IMG/VR virus record: IMGVR_UViG_3300011422_000014
Coordinates: 1-32,305 of that record
Direction: 5' to 3' (one strand)
DNA from: a virus
Taxonomy: Duplodnaviria; Caudoviricetes
Length of the DNA: 32,305 nt
Each line of letters starts with the position of its first letter. Positions within the stretch are counted from its first letter, which is position 1. The position numbers were made by a program, and so were the translations under genes. This document shows, piece by piece, positions 8,557-16,509 of the stretch. Under the pieces are notes generated by a model, which saw nothing but the letters and a program-made list of their open reading frames with translations, had not been told where the DNA came from and did no database searches.

Positions 8557-9312
8557 ATGAACATCAGAAATACCGTGCGAAAGAATTTCCCCGTGATCAC
8601 CCTGGGCGCCGCGCTTGCGGCCTCGGTGGTCTTAATTTCGGGATGCATTACGGCGCCGCCGACGCGGTTTGAGAGCGGGCTCTTCGACATCACGACGAAC
8701 AAGGTGGTGACCGTGGAGACCAATTACCACGTGATCCCGGTTTACCAGACGAACCTGGTGAAGCGGACGGTCACTGAAACCAACTACGTCAACAGTGAGC
8801 CGGTGGTCAACATCATCACGCTTACAAATGAGCAACGGGTCGTGACCTGGGTGACGAACGCGGTGACGCAGTCCGTGACGAATGACGCTTATGTTTACAA
8901 GCCGGGTGCGGGCGCCCAGGAGATCACGAACACGGCGGGCGCAGTCGGGAACCTATTCGGCGTGGGCGGCCTGGTGAGCTCCGGCATGGGCATCCTGTGG
9001 GGCATTTGGGCATCGATGAGGTCCAGCAAGCGGTATGCGACGGCGGCGAACACGGCGCAGATTGTCGAAGGGATGCGGGAGTTCATCAAGCAACTGCCGA
9101 ACGGCGAGGCATATGATCTGGCTTTGGTGCAGTGGATGCAGGCGCACCAGGCGGAGGCGGGGGTGACGCAGCAGGTGATCAAGCTCTTGAAGAAGAACGT
9201 GAGCAACCCGGACGCGAAGATGGCGGCCGAGCAGGTGATGGCGATCATCCGCACGCTGCAGGGCGGCGGGACGACATCGCCGGCGAGCCCGACGGCACTG
9301 GCCAAAGCTTGA
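8557..9312 (+). CDS. Lipoprotein with TN-rich beta region and a second membrane segment; candidate lysis (spanin-like) protein
   Basis: Signal MNIRNTVRKNFPVITLGAALAASVVLISGC; 8 TN motifs; Gly-rich hydrophobic helix LFGVGGLVSSGMGILWGIWASM; first late gene (Mu lysis position). Confidence 0.7.
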   Translation: MNIRNTVRKNFPVITLGAALAASVVLISGCITAPPTRFESGLFDITTNKVVTVETNYHVIPVYQTNLVKRTVTETNYVNSEPVVNIITLTNEQRVVTWVTNAVTQSVTNDAYVYKPGAGAQEITNTAGAVGNLFGVGGLVSSGMGILWGIWASMRSSKRYATAANTAQIVEGMREFIKQLPNGEAYDLALVQWMQAHQAEAGVTQQVIKLLKKNVSNPDAKMAAEQVMAIIRTLQGGGTTSPASPTALAKA

Positions 9313-9355
9313 GCGGGGCGGGTAATAGCTGTGCACCTGAGACTCCGCTGAACTC

Positions 9356-9811
9356 ATGATTCATTCCCTGCTGATGTTCGCCCAGACCACGGGTCTGGCG
9401 CTGCCGGATCCGAGCCATTGGTCGACGATGGGCTGGCTGCTGGTGTCGCTGGGCGGGTTGGCCGCGGCGCTGAATCAGGGGTGGGCGGTGATGGAGAGGA
9501 TCACCGGGCAGAAGAACCGGCGGACGGTGAACTTCGAGTTCGAGGCGACGAGCAAGGAGGATTGCAAGCGGCACATGGACGCCAACGCGCAGGAGCACCG
9601 GGACTTGTTCTCGAAGATCGGCGGGGTGGAGCGGGGTGCGCACAGGAAAATCTCGGAGGAAATGGCGATGGTGCACGGGCGGGTCAACGCGCTCGAAAAG
9701 GCGGTGGGTGGGCTGGAGACGTCGTCAGCCATGACGCACCAGCGGCTGGTGCAGATTGACGGGAAAATCGATCGGCTGATCGAGCGGAACTTGAGCGTGG
9801 ATACCAAATAA
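9356..9811 (+). CDS. TM plus coiled-coil protein (Mu gp25/DUF2730-like position; possible holin)
   Basis: Hydrophobic WLLVSLGGLAAALNQGW, then coiled coil ending IDGKIDRLIER. Confidence 0.7.
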   Translation: MIHSLLMFAQTTGLALPDPSHWSTMGWLLVSLGGLAAALNQGWAVMERITGQKNRRTVNFEFEATSKEDCKRHMDANAQEHRDLFSKIGGVERGAHRKISEEMAMVHGRVNALEKAVGGLETSSAMTHQRLVQIDGKIDRLIERNLSVDTK

Positions 9812-9812
9812 G

Positions 9813-10082
9813 ATGAACGCAGCGCAACAGGAACTCTTTGATTTGGCGATCTTGCGGGTGCTGGACGCCAACCGCAGCCGGTTCGGGCTGAACGCGGAGG
9901 GGATCGGGCACATGCTGATCGGGTTTGGGTTTGGGTCGGCCAAGCCGGACGACGTGGTGGACCGGGTGGACGTGCTGGCGCGCAAAGGCCTGGTGGAAGA
10001 GGTGCTCAAGGCACTTGGGGCGGCCAACCGGGCCTGGCGAATTACGACGAAGGGGATCGCTATCGTAGACGAGAGGGGCTGA
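9813..10082 (+). CDS. Mu gp26-like small winged-helix protein
   Basis: LAILRVL...LARKGLVEEV...WRITTKG; synteny before the gp27-like gene. Confidence 0.7.
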   Translation: MNAAQQELFDLAILRVLDANRSRFGLNAEGIGHMLIGFGFGSAKPDDVVDRVDVLARKGLVEEVLKALGAANRAWRITTKGIAIVDERG

Positions 10083-10086
10083 ATGA

Positions 10087-10719
10087 ATGAACAAGAAAGC
10101 GCGACCGGATTCGGTGCTCAAGACGCTGCCTGCGGACCGGCAGGGGGCGATCGCGGAGTACGCGCTGGGGCATACGCTGGCGGAAACGGTGAAGTGGCTG
10201 CGGGCGGATGGTGTGCATACGTCGTCCTCGGCATTGTCGCTCTTCTTGTCGTCCTATCGGCTATCGCAGCGGCTGGCGCACAACGAATCGACGGTGGACA
10301 CGCTGCTCGCCAAGCTGCAGGGGACGCGGCCGGACTGGACGGCGCAGCAATTGCACGAGGCCGGGCAGGCGTTTTTCTCGGCGCTGGCGATCGACGCGCA
10401 GGACGCGGACGTGTGGACGGCGACGCAGCGGCTGACGCTGGACCGGGACTCGGCGCGGACGCGGGCGGAGTTCGAGCGGGAGAAGATCGATTTACGGAGG
10501 CAGGCAGAGGCGCGGAGCCAGGACAAGCTGCGGTTCGAGCGGGAGAAGTGGATCCTGGAGAGCTGCAAGAAGATTTTGGCGGCGGCGACGGACGCGAAGT
10601 CGCGGGAGATCGCGGAGCTGAATGTGAGCGACGAGGAGAAGATCAAGCTGATGCGGCAGACGTGGTTTGCGGATGTCGATGCGCTGGAGAAATCCGGAGA
10701 GGTGAAATTGCCGGAATGA
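10087..10719 (+). CDS. Mu gp27/DUF3486-like terminase small subunit
   Basis: RPDSVLKTLP...TLAETVKWL..DGVHTSSSALS HTH pattern; ATGA-coupled to the terminase. Confidence 0.75.
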   Translation: MNKKARPDSVLKTLPADRQGAIAEYALGHTLAETVKWLRADGVHTSSSALSLFLSSYRLSQRLAHNESTVDTLLAKLQGTRPDWTAQQLHEAGQAFFSALAIDAQDADVWTATQRLTLDRDSARTRAEFEREKIDLRRQAEARSQDKLRFEREKWILESCKKILAAATDAKSREIAELNVSDEEKIKLMRQTWFADVDALEKSGEVKLPE

Positions 10720-12371
10720 AAAAGTGGACGCGCAGAAAGTATCAGCAAGTCGCCCTGGTGGCGGTGCGCAAGGCGCGGTCGATGGTGTTATTTTGGGCGC
10801 GGCAATGCCGGAAGAGCACGACGCTGGGGGATATTAGTTTCGACGCGATGAGCGAGCAGCCGGGGCGGAATGTGATCGCGGCCTCCGCTTCATTGCTGGT
10901 GGGATCGGAGTTGATCAGCAAGACGCTGAGTGTGGCGGAACAGGCCGCGATGGTGGCACGGGAGGCGGCGGCGGTGCAGATGACGATGGCGGTCTCGACG
11001 GAGGCAGCCGGGGGGAAACTGCAGCTCAAGTGCGCCAACTCGGAGACGGGGAAGCTTTACGCGCAATTGAAGGCGGAAGATTTTGCGGAGCTGTATCGCA
11101 GCTCGAAGCTGGAGCTGCGGCTTTATTTTGATAGGACGGCGTATTCGCGGACGTTGATCATTGCGCCGAACCCGGCGACGGCGCGCGGGTGGACGGGGTT
11201 TGTGGTGCGGGATGAGGCGGGGTTTACGCCGCCGGGGCTGGAGACGGATTTGCAGGTGGCGGTGAAGCCGATCATGGACACGGATCCGAGCTTCAAGATG
11301 ATTTACGCGTCGAATTTGTGCCGGAACGACCGGCATCCCTTCTTCGAAATGACCCTGCCTGCGCCAGGCAGCAGTTTCCCACCGAGCCCCGAGGGGCACT
11401 TCTATCGTGGCCAGAACGGCATCCTGATCCATCGCGTCGCCCTGGCGGACGCGTACGCCGCCGGCCACGTGCTTTACGACCAGCGCGAGGGGAAGCCAAT
11501 GACGTATGAGGCGTTTTGCGCGGACCCGGCGAACCGGCTGGGGCTGGACGACAGCTACCGGCTGATCCACAAGGCGAGCGGGAGCGCGGCGATTGATTTG
11601 TTTGCGCTGATGACCTCGCAGACGCGGGGGATTGGGCAGGCGTCCTGCGTGGTGGTGGAGAGCGATGGGGAGTTTCAGATCGCCCTGGGGACGTTAAGCC
11701 GGCTGCTGACGAACGGGGCGGTGGGGCTGGGCCTGGACACGGCGACGACGACGAACGACACGAGCAACCCGAGCGTGCTGACGGTGACGGAGCGGCTTGG
11801 GGTCATGAAGGCGCAGCGCATGGTGTTTGTGTGGAAGGAGCGGGATCCGAAGATTGCTCGCGGTCGGGTGCGGGCGGTGATCGAAGTGGTGAAGGGGCGG
11901 CTGAAGGGTGGTCCGGCGCGGCGGCTGTGCATCGATTCGACCAGTGAACAGTATTTTGCTCGGGAGACGGCCCAGGAGTTATCGGGGTTGATCCCGGTGG
12001 AGCTGGTGGACGCGAGGCTGGCGGTGGACCCGGTGCCGGCGGGGTATGTGCGGGCGCCGAACCACAAGACTTATTTGGGGGACCGGTATGCGGCGGCGGT
12101 GAACGACAACCGGTACCTGCTGCCGCCGGAGCAATATTTCAAGGACGACCACCGGCTGACGACGAAGAACGGGGAGCATTACGAGTGCGAGCCCCAGTCG
12201 GACGGGCGGCACGGGGATACTTTTGATGCCGGGAAGCTGGCCGATTGGGCGCTGGAAGGGGCGGCCGGGCCGGTGGCTTACGAGCGGCTGACGGTGACCC
12301 TGGACCCGGAGAACATCCAGGAGGGTGCCGAGGGGAGGATTTCGGCCAGAACCAGGGGGGTGCTATTATGA
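10716..12371 (+). CDS. terL: Terminase large subunit (Mu gp28-like)
   Basis: YQ motif, Walker A-like WARQCRKSTT, NPATARGWTG, Walker B VVRDEAG, RNase H motifs LGLDTA and HGDTFDA; true start ATG 10716. Confidence 0.9.
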   Translation: MKKWTRRKYQQVALVAVRKARSMVLFWARQCRKSTTLGDISFDAMSEQPGRNVIAASASLLVGSELISKTLSVAEQAAMVAREAAAVQMTMAVSTEAAGGKLQLKCANSETGKLYAQLKAEDFAELYRSSKLELRLYFDRTAYSRTLIIAPNPATARGWTGFVVRDEAGFTPPGLETDLQVAVKPIMDTDPSFKMIYASNLCRNDRHPFFEMTLPAPGSSFPPSPEGHFYRGQNGILIHRVALADAYAAGHVLYDQREGKPMTYEAFCADPANRLGLDDSYRLIHKASGSAAIDLFALMTSQTRGIGQASCVVVESDGEFQIALGTLSRLLTNGAVGLGLDTATTTNDTSNPSVLTVTERLGVMKAQRMVFVWKERDPKIARGRVRAVIEVVKGRLKGGPARRLCIDSTSEQYFARETAQELSGLIPVELVDARLAVDPVPAGYVRAPNHKTYLGDRYAAAVNDNRYLLPPEQYFKDDHRLTTKNGEHYECEPQSDGRHGDTFDAGKLADWALEGAAGPVAYERLTVTLDPENIQEGAEGRISARTRGVLL

Positions 12372-12372
12372 A

Positions 12373-12400
12373 TTCCGAGGGCCGAAATCCGCAATCCGAA
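12373..12400 (+). repeat. Partial heptamer element (4 units) between terminase and portal
   Basis: ttccgag ggccgaa atccgca atccgaa. Confidence 0.75.
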
Positions 12401-12516
12401 GCCTCGCTAGGATGCCCCAGGACGAATTTCGGGTGTCTGGAGTGCTGGGAAGCGCTCCGAAGGCGTGGATGTGGCTGCAGTTTTCTGCAGTCGTCTATTA
12501 GCGGGGGGGTGGGAAG

Positions 12517-14133
12517 ATGAATTTAGACTCGAAAATCGGGTTTGAACGGGCGCGGGTGGAGCGGCAGGAGCGGTACAACCCTATTCGGAACCTGACGCCG
12601 GAGGTATTGACGACCCAGATCGAGGAGTTCCACGCCGGATATTTGGCCCCCTTTGCCCGGACGATGGAGGCGATCAAGCGTCGGGATGACACTTTGCAGC
12701 CGGCGAGCGCGAAGCGGGAGAAGGCGCCGAGCCGGAGGAACTGGGAGGTAATGGTGAACGCGGATCTGCCGGACGGGGCGGAGGCGGAGGCCGAACGGCA
12801 CCAGGAGGCATTGACGTTCTTCTACAACAACCTGGAGGTGACGAACGGGGTGGATTTGAACGAGCGAGGCGGGTTCAGCCTGCTGCGGCGGCAGATGATG
12901 TTTGCCCTGGGCTACAAGTACGCGGTGCATCACATCGTTTGGAAGCCGGGCCCGGACGGCCTGAAGGCGGAGCTGGTTTACTGCCCGCTGTGGTTTTTCG
13001 AGAATCGGACGGGGAAGCTCCGGTTTTTGGCGCAGGCGCACACGTTTGACGGGGAGGAGATGGAGGTGGGGGAATGGCTGGTGAGTTTGAACGAGGGGCT
13101 GATGGAGGTGAGCGCGGTGGCCTATATGTTTAAGCGGCTGCCGCTGAAGGATTGGCTGATTTTGTGCCAGGACTGGGGCAAGCCGGTGGTGGAAGGGATC
13201 ACGGACGCGCCGCGCGGGAGCGAGGATTGGGACGCGATCAAGGCGGCGGTGGACGCGCTGGCAGCGGATCTGCGGCTGGTGCGCAGCCGGAGTGCAGAGA
13301 TCAAGCTCACGGACATCAACCGGCAAGGGGAGATGCCGTATGAGAGCCTGGTGGAGCGGATGGACCGGAGGCTGGCGGCGATCTGGCGGGGAGGCGACCT
13401 GGGGACGGTGAGCCGGGCGGACGGCGTGGGAGCGGAGGGCCAGGCGGCGGAAAGCGATTTGCTGGAGGAGGACGATTGCGAGTGGCTGAGCGACACCCTG
13501 AACATGGGCCTGGACAAGCTGGTGATCGAGAATGTTTTTGGGCCGGGGACGACGCCGCTGGCTTACGTAAAGGTGATTTACCCGCGGAAACAAAATGTGT
13601 CGCAGGAATTGACAGTGGACGGTTTCCTGCGGGACTCGGGCGCGCCGCTGGGATTGAGGGCGACCCTGGAGCGCTATGGGCGCACGATGCCGGACGAGGA
13701 CGATGATCTGCTCAAGGCGCCGGCGGCCGCGGTGGGAATTCCGAATTCCGAAGCCCGAGACCCGAAAGAAGTCCGAAATCCGAAAATCGAACCGAACGAC
13801 CCCACCGCCGAGAACCAGGACGACAAGGCGGCGGCGAACGAGGTCTCTTTGGAAGCGATACCGGAGTTGGTGAAGCAGGCGATGGCGGATGCGGCCGGGG
13901 CGCGGGTGAGGTGGCTGGAGCCGCTGCAGCAGGAAATCGACTACCTGGTGGAGACGATCCGGGTCGGGAAATTGACGGACGCGGAGTTGGCGAAGTTCCT
14001 GGAATCGGCGGCTCGGTCGCTGCCGGATTTGTTTGCGCAGTTGGACACCAATGCCCTGGCGGACTCGCTGGAGGACGCGCTGGGGGCGGCCGCGGTGCAG
14101 GGGCTGCGGGATGCGAAGAAGGGGAAGCGCTGA
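12517..14133 (+). CDS. Portal protein (Mu gp29/DUF935)
   Basis: LTPEVL, ALGYKYAVHHIVW, KDWLILCQDWGKP, IWRGGDLGT, C-terminal LPDLFAQLDTNALADSL; follows the terminase. Confidence 0.9.
   Translation: MNLDSKIGFERARVERQERYNPIRNLTPEVLTTQIEEFHAGYLAPFARTMEAIKRRDDTLQPASAKREKAPSRRNWEVMVNADLPDGAEAEAERHQEALTFFYNNLEVTNGVDLNERGGFSLLRRQMMFALGYKYAVHHIVWKPGPDGLKAELVYCPLWFFENRTGKLRFLAQAHTFDGEEMEVGEWLVSLNEGLMEVSAVAYMFKRLPLKDWLILCQDWGKPVVEGITDAPRGSEDWDAIKAAVDALAADLRLVRSRSAEIKLTDINRQGEMPYESLVERMDRRLAAIWRGGDLGTVSRADGVGAEGQAAESDLLEEDDCEWLSDTLNMGLDKLVIENVFGPGTTPLAYVKVIYPRKQNVSQELTVDGFLRDSGAPLGLRATLERYGRTMPDEDDDLLKAPAAAVGIPNSEARDPKEVRNPKIEPNDPTAENQDDKAAANEVSLEAIPELVKQAMADAAGARVRWLEPLQQEIDYLVETIRVGKLTDAELAKFLESAARSLPDLFAQLDTNALADSLEDALGAAAVQGLRDAKKGKR
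13739..13791 (+). repeat. 53-bp heptamer element, copy 2 (inside the portal gene)
   Basis: ttccgaa ttccgaa gcccgag acccgaa agaa gtccgaa atccgaa aatcgaa. Confidence 0.9.
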
Positions 14134-14170
14134 TTTTTTTGACGGCAGAACACAAAACCAAAGGAAACCA

Positions 14171-14416
14171 ATGAGTACGATGAGAGCAAAGATGGAAGTG
14201 AGAGAGGTGCTGGGCAGCGCGACATCGCCGATGCAGACCTTGAAGATGAACCCGGTGTGCACGGCGCCGTTCGGGCCGAACGGCGAGAGCGAGGACAACA
14301 CTTACGCGCGGTGGACGCCGAGCGGGAGCCTGGAGCTGTGCATCACGAACCCGGACCTGGCGGGCAAGTTCACGGTGGGGCAGAAGTTTTACGTGGATTT
14401 CACGCCGGCGGAATAG
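14171..14416 (+). CDS. Small conserved phage protein (RAK...TPSGSLEL...YVDFT type) inserted between portal and MuF
   Basis: AAGGA SD before ATG 14171; compact beta-rich 81 aa. Confidence 0.75.
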   Translation: MSTMRAKMEVREVLGSATSPMQTLKMNPVCTAPFGPNGESEDNTYARWTPSGSLELCITNPDLAGKFTVGQKFYVDFTPAE

Positions 14417-14477
14417 GGATTTGAAATTTGAGCTTTCATATTTCAGAGCGGCCGGGGTCGGGCTGGGGTTGCTGATC

Positions 14478-15887
14478 ATGGCGACGATTGTCCAACGGCC
14501 GATCGCGGCAGCGGTGCAGCACGTGAGCGAGAAGACTCCTGTGGGCTCGGCGCTGCGGTCGGCGGAATGGGCGCAGATGCCGCTGTCGCTCCGGCAGCAG
14601 GCGCAGTTTAGCGCCGGGGTGGAGAGTGCGCGGGTGTTGAACCGGGTGCAATCCGGGGTGCTTGAAATTCTGTCGCACAGCCGGAACGAATTTGGCGTGC
14701 TGACGGATCGCTCGAAGCTGATCGCGGATATCACGCGCCTGGCGGAGGCCGAGGGTTTGGCGCCGGCTGATCCTTCGTTGAAGGGAACAGTCCAGGATAT
14801 CACGAGCGAGCGCCGGGCGGAGCTGATCTACGAGCAGCAGACGGGCCAGGCATATGGGCGGGCGAACTGGAAAGCGGACATGGACGAGGACATCCTGAAC
14901 GCGGCGCCGGCGTGGGAGTTAGTGCGGGTGGAATCGCGCAAGATTCCGCGGGACTGGATCCAGCGTTGGCGGGCGGCGGGCGGCCGATTCTTCCAGGGCA
15001 ACCGGATGATCGCGCTGAAGACCGACGCGGTATGGGAGCGGCTTTCGCGATTTGGGACGCCGTGGCCCCCCTTTGACTTTGGGAGCGGGATGGGGGTGGA
15101 GGATGTGCTGCGGCCCGAATGCATCGAGCTGGGGTTGATATCGCTGGGGACGCGGGTGGCGCCGAAGGAGTTTGAGCCGCAGTTGGAGGCCTCGGTGCGG
15201 AACTTGAGCCCGGAGCTGAAGAACGTGCTGAAGGAACATTTTGGGGAGCAGGTGGAGCTTGACGGTGAGTTGGTGAAATGGAAAGGTGGAGTGGAACTAC
15301 ATGAGCAGGCCGCCGCCAATCGAAGGGAGAGTGCTGGACGAATCTTCGCCGGAAGCGCAAGCGCTCTTGGCCCAGTTCAACCTGCAAACGATGCGACCGA
15401 AGAAGTTCGATCCGTTGTTCGCCGGCAAGCCGTCGTCAACTCCGTCGAAATCTCCGCGGTCGCAGCCGGCCGCAAGCCCCTCTTTCACGAAGACCTCCGG
15501 TACCTGAACGCGGCGCAGGTCGAGGATTACCGGTCGGCGCTTCAGAAACAGCTTCCCCAGGGAATCATTGCCCGGTTCCAGGGAGGCCATCTCTACGTTT
15601 ACAATCCCGACCTCGTCGGCCGCCTGGCTGACCCGAAGCAGCCGCTTTGGCCGCAAGTGCTGGCGAACCGCGACAACGGCCGCTGGTTGGGCTACGGCGC
15701 GAATTGGCACGAAACTTCAAATTTCTCGACGGTCCTCATTGAGGATTTTAATGGCGAAGTGATTGCGGGTTTTGGAGCGCCTCCGGACACGGCCGCGCTT
15801 TACGGCGCCGCACGGGCGCAGGACTGGAGCCAGGCTACCGGGGGAAAATACACCTACTCGGTTTTGCGACGCGGAGGTGCGGCATGA
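14478..15887 (+). CDS. MuF (gp30-like) minor head protein with C-terminal extension
   Basis: RRAELIYEQQTGQAYG, PAWELVR, WPPFDFGSGMGVEDV; about 200 extra residues after LVKWKGG. Confidence 0.8.
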   Translation: MATIVQRPIAAAVQHVSEKTPVGSALRSAEWAQMPLSLRQQAQFSAGVESARVLNRVQSGVLEILSHSRNEFGVLTDRSKLIADITRLAEAEGLAPADPSLKGTVQDITSERRAELIYEQQTGQAYGRANWKADMDEDILNAAPAWELVRVESRKIPRDWIQRWRAAGGRFFQGNRMIALKTDAVWERLSRFGTPWPPFDFGSGMGVEDVLRPECIELGLISLGTRVAPKEFEPQLEASVRNLSPELKNVLKEHFGEQVELDGELVKWKGGVELHEQAAANRRESAGRIFAGSASALGPVQPANDATEEVRSVVRRQAVVNSVEISAVAAGRKPLFHEDLRYLNAAQVEDYRSALQKQLPQGIIARFQGGHLYVYNPDLVGRLADPKQPLWPQVLANRDNGRWLGYGANWHETSNFSTVLIEDFNGEVIAGFGAPPDTAALYGAARAQDWSQATGGKYTYSVLRRGGAA

Positions 15888-16507
15888 TCGTGATCAAGCT
15901 GGAGAGCGGAGCGGCGCGGAATCAACTGAAGGCTTTAACGGATCGGATCGAGCATCCGCGCCAGGTGTTGGCGGCGGCGGCGATCGCGGGGCGCCGGGAG
16001 TTACAGCGGCACTTCACGCAGAAAGATTCCGTGGGCAACAAGCTGGGCGGCCGGAGGACGCATTTTTGGGGGGATGTTAGGCAGAGCACGCAGTTGGGGG
16101 CGATCACGGACCGGGAAGCGACCATTGATATTGGGGACTCGCGATTTGCGCAGCGATTGCACGGGGGGATGATCCGGGCCAAGACGCCCTGGAAGGGGAG
16201 CGGGTTTTTGCTGCTGACGATCCCGGTGCATCCACAGGCGCACGGCCGGCGGGCGAGCGTGCTGGCGCGGAAGCTGGGGATCAAGCTGACTTTTGTGGGG
16301 AGCGCCCGCGGGGGCGTGATTGGACATTTTGCGGCGCAGGCAGCGGCAGACCAGGTGTATTACGCGTGCGTGCCGAGCGTGGACCAGGCGGCGGATCCGA
16401 CCGCCCTGCCAGACATGGAGAAGTTCGAGGAAACGGTGGCGGAGGCCGCACAGGAGGAATTAACGGCGCAGGCCCAGGCCGCCCAGGAGCAAACCGGAAG
16501 CCAATAA
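15884..16507 (+). CDS. Mu gpG/gp31-like virion morphogenesis protein
   Basis: ELQRHF, FAQRLHGGMIRAK, LTIPVHP; synteny between MuF and protease. Confidence 0.75.
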   Translation: MIVIKLESGAARNQLKALTDRIEHPRQVLAAAAIAGRRELQRHFTQKDSVGNKLGGRRTHFWGDVRQSTQLGAITDREATIDIGDSRFAQRLHGGMIRAKTPWKGSGFLLLTIPVHPQAHGRRASVLARKLGIKLTFVGSARGGVIGHFAAQAAADQVYYACVPSVDQAADPTALPDMEKFEETVAEAAQEELTAQAQAAQEQTGSQ

Positions 16508-16509
16508 TT

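Noticed and set aside
10083-10715. 211-aa N-terminal extension of the terminase in the ORF track
   Set aside because: It is the shadow frame of the gp27-like gene; the terminase motifs begin at ATG 10716, which overlaps the gp27 stop (ATGA)
12368-12520. 50-aa Cys-containing ORF between terminase and portal
   Set aside because: It has ATGA overlaps at both ends, but its start is made of the heptamer repeat and it has no recognisable features; not supportable, although not excluded
12523-14301. Long minus-strand ORFs (also 4802..5785, 16360..17580, 18179..19369, 22512..23660)
   Set aside because: Antisense shadows of GC-rich + strand genes with no recognisable motifs
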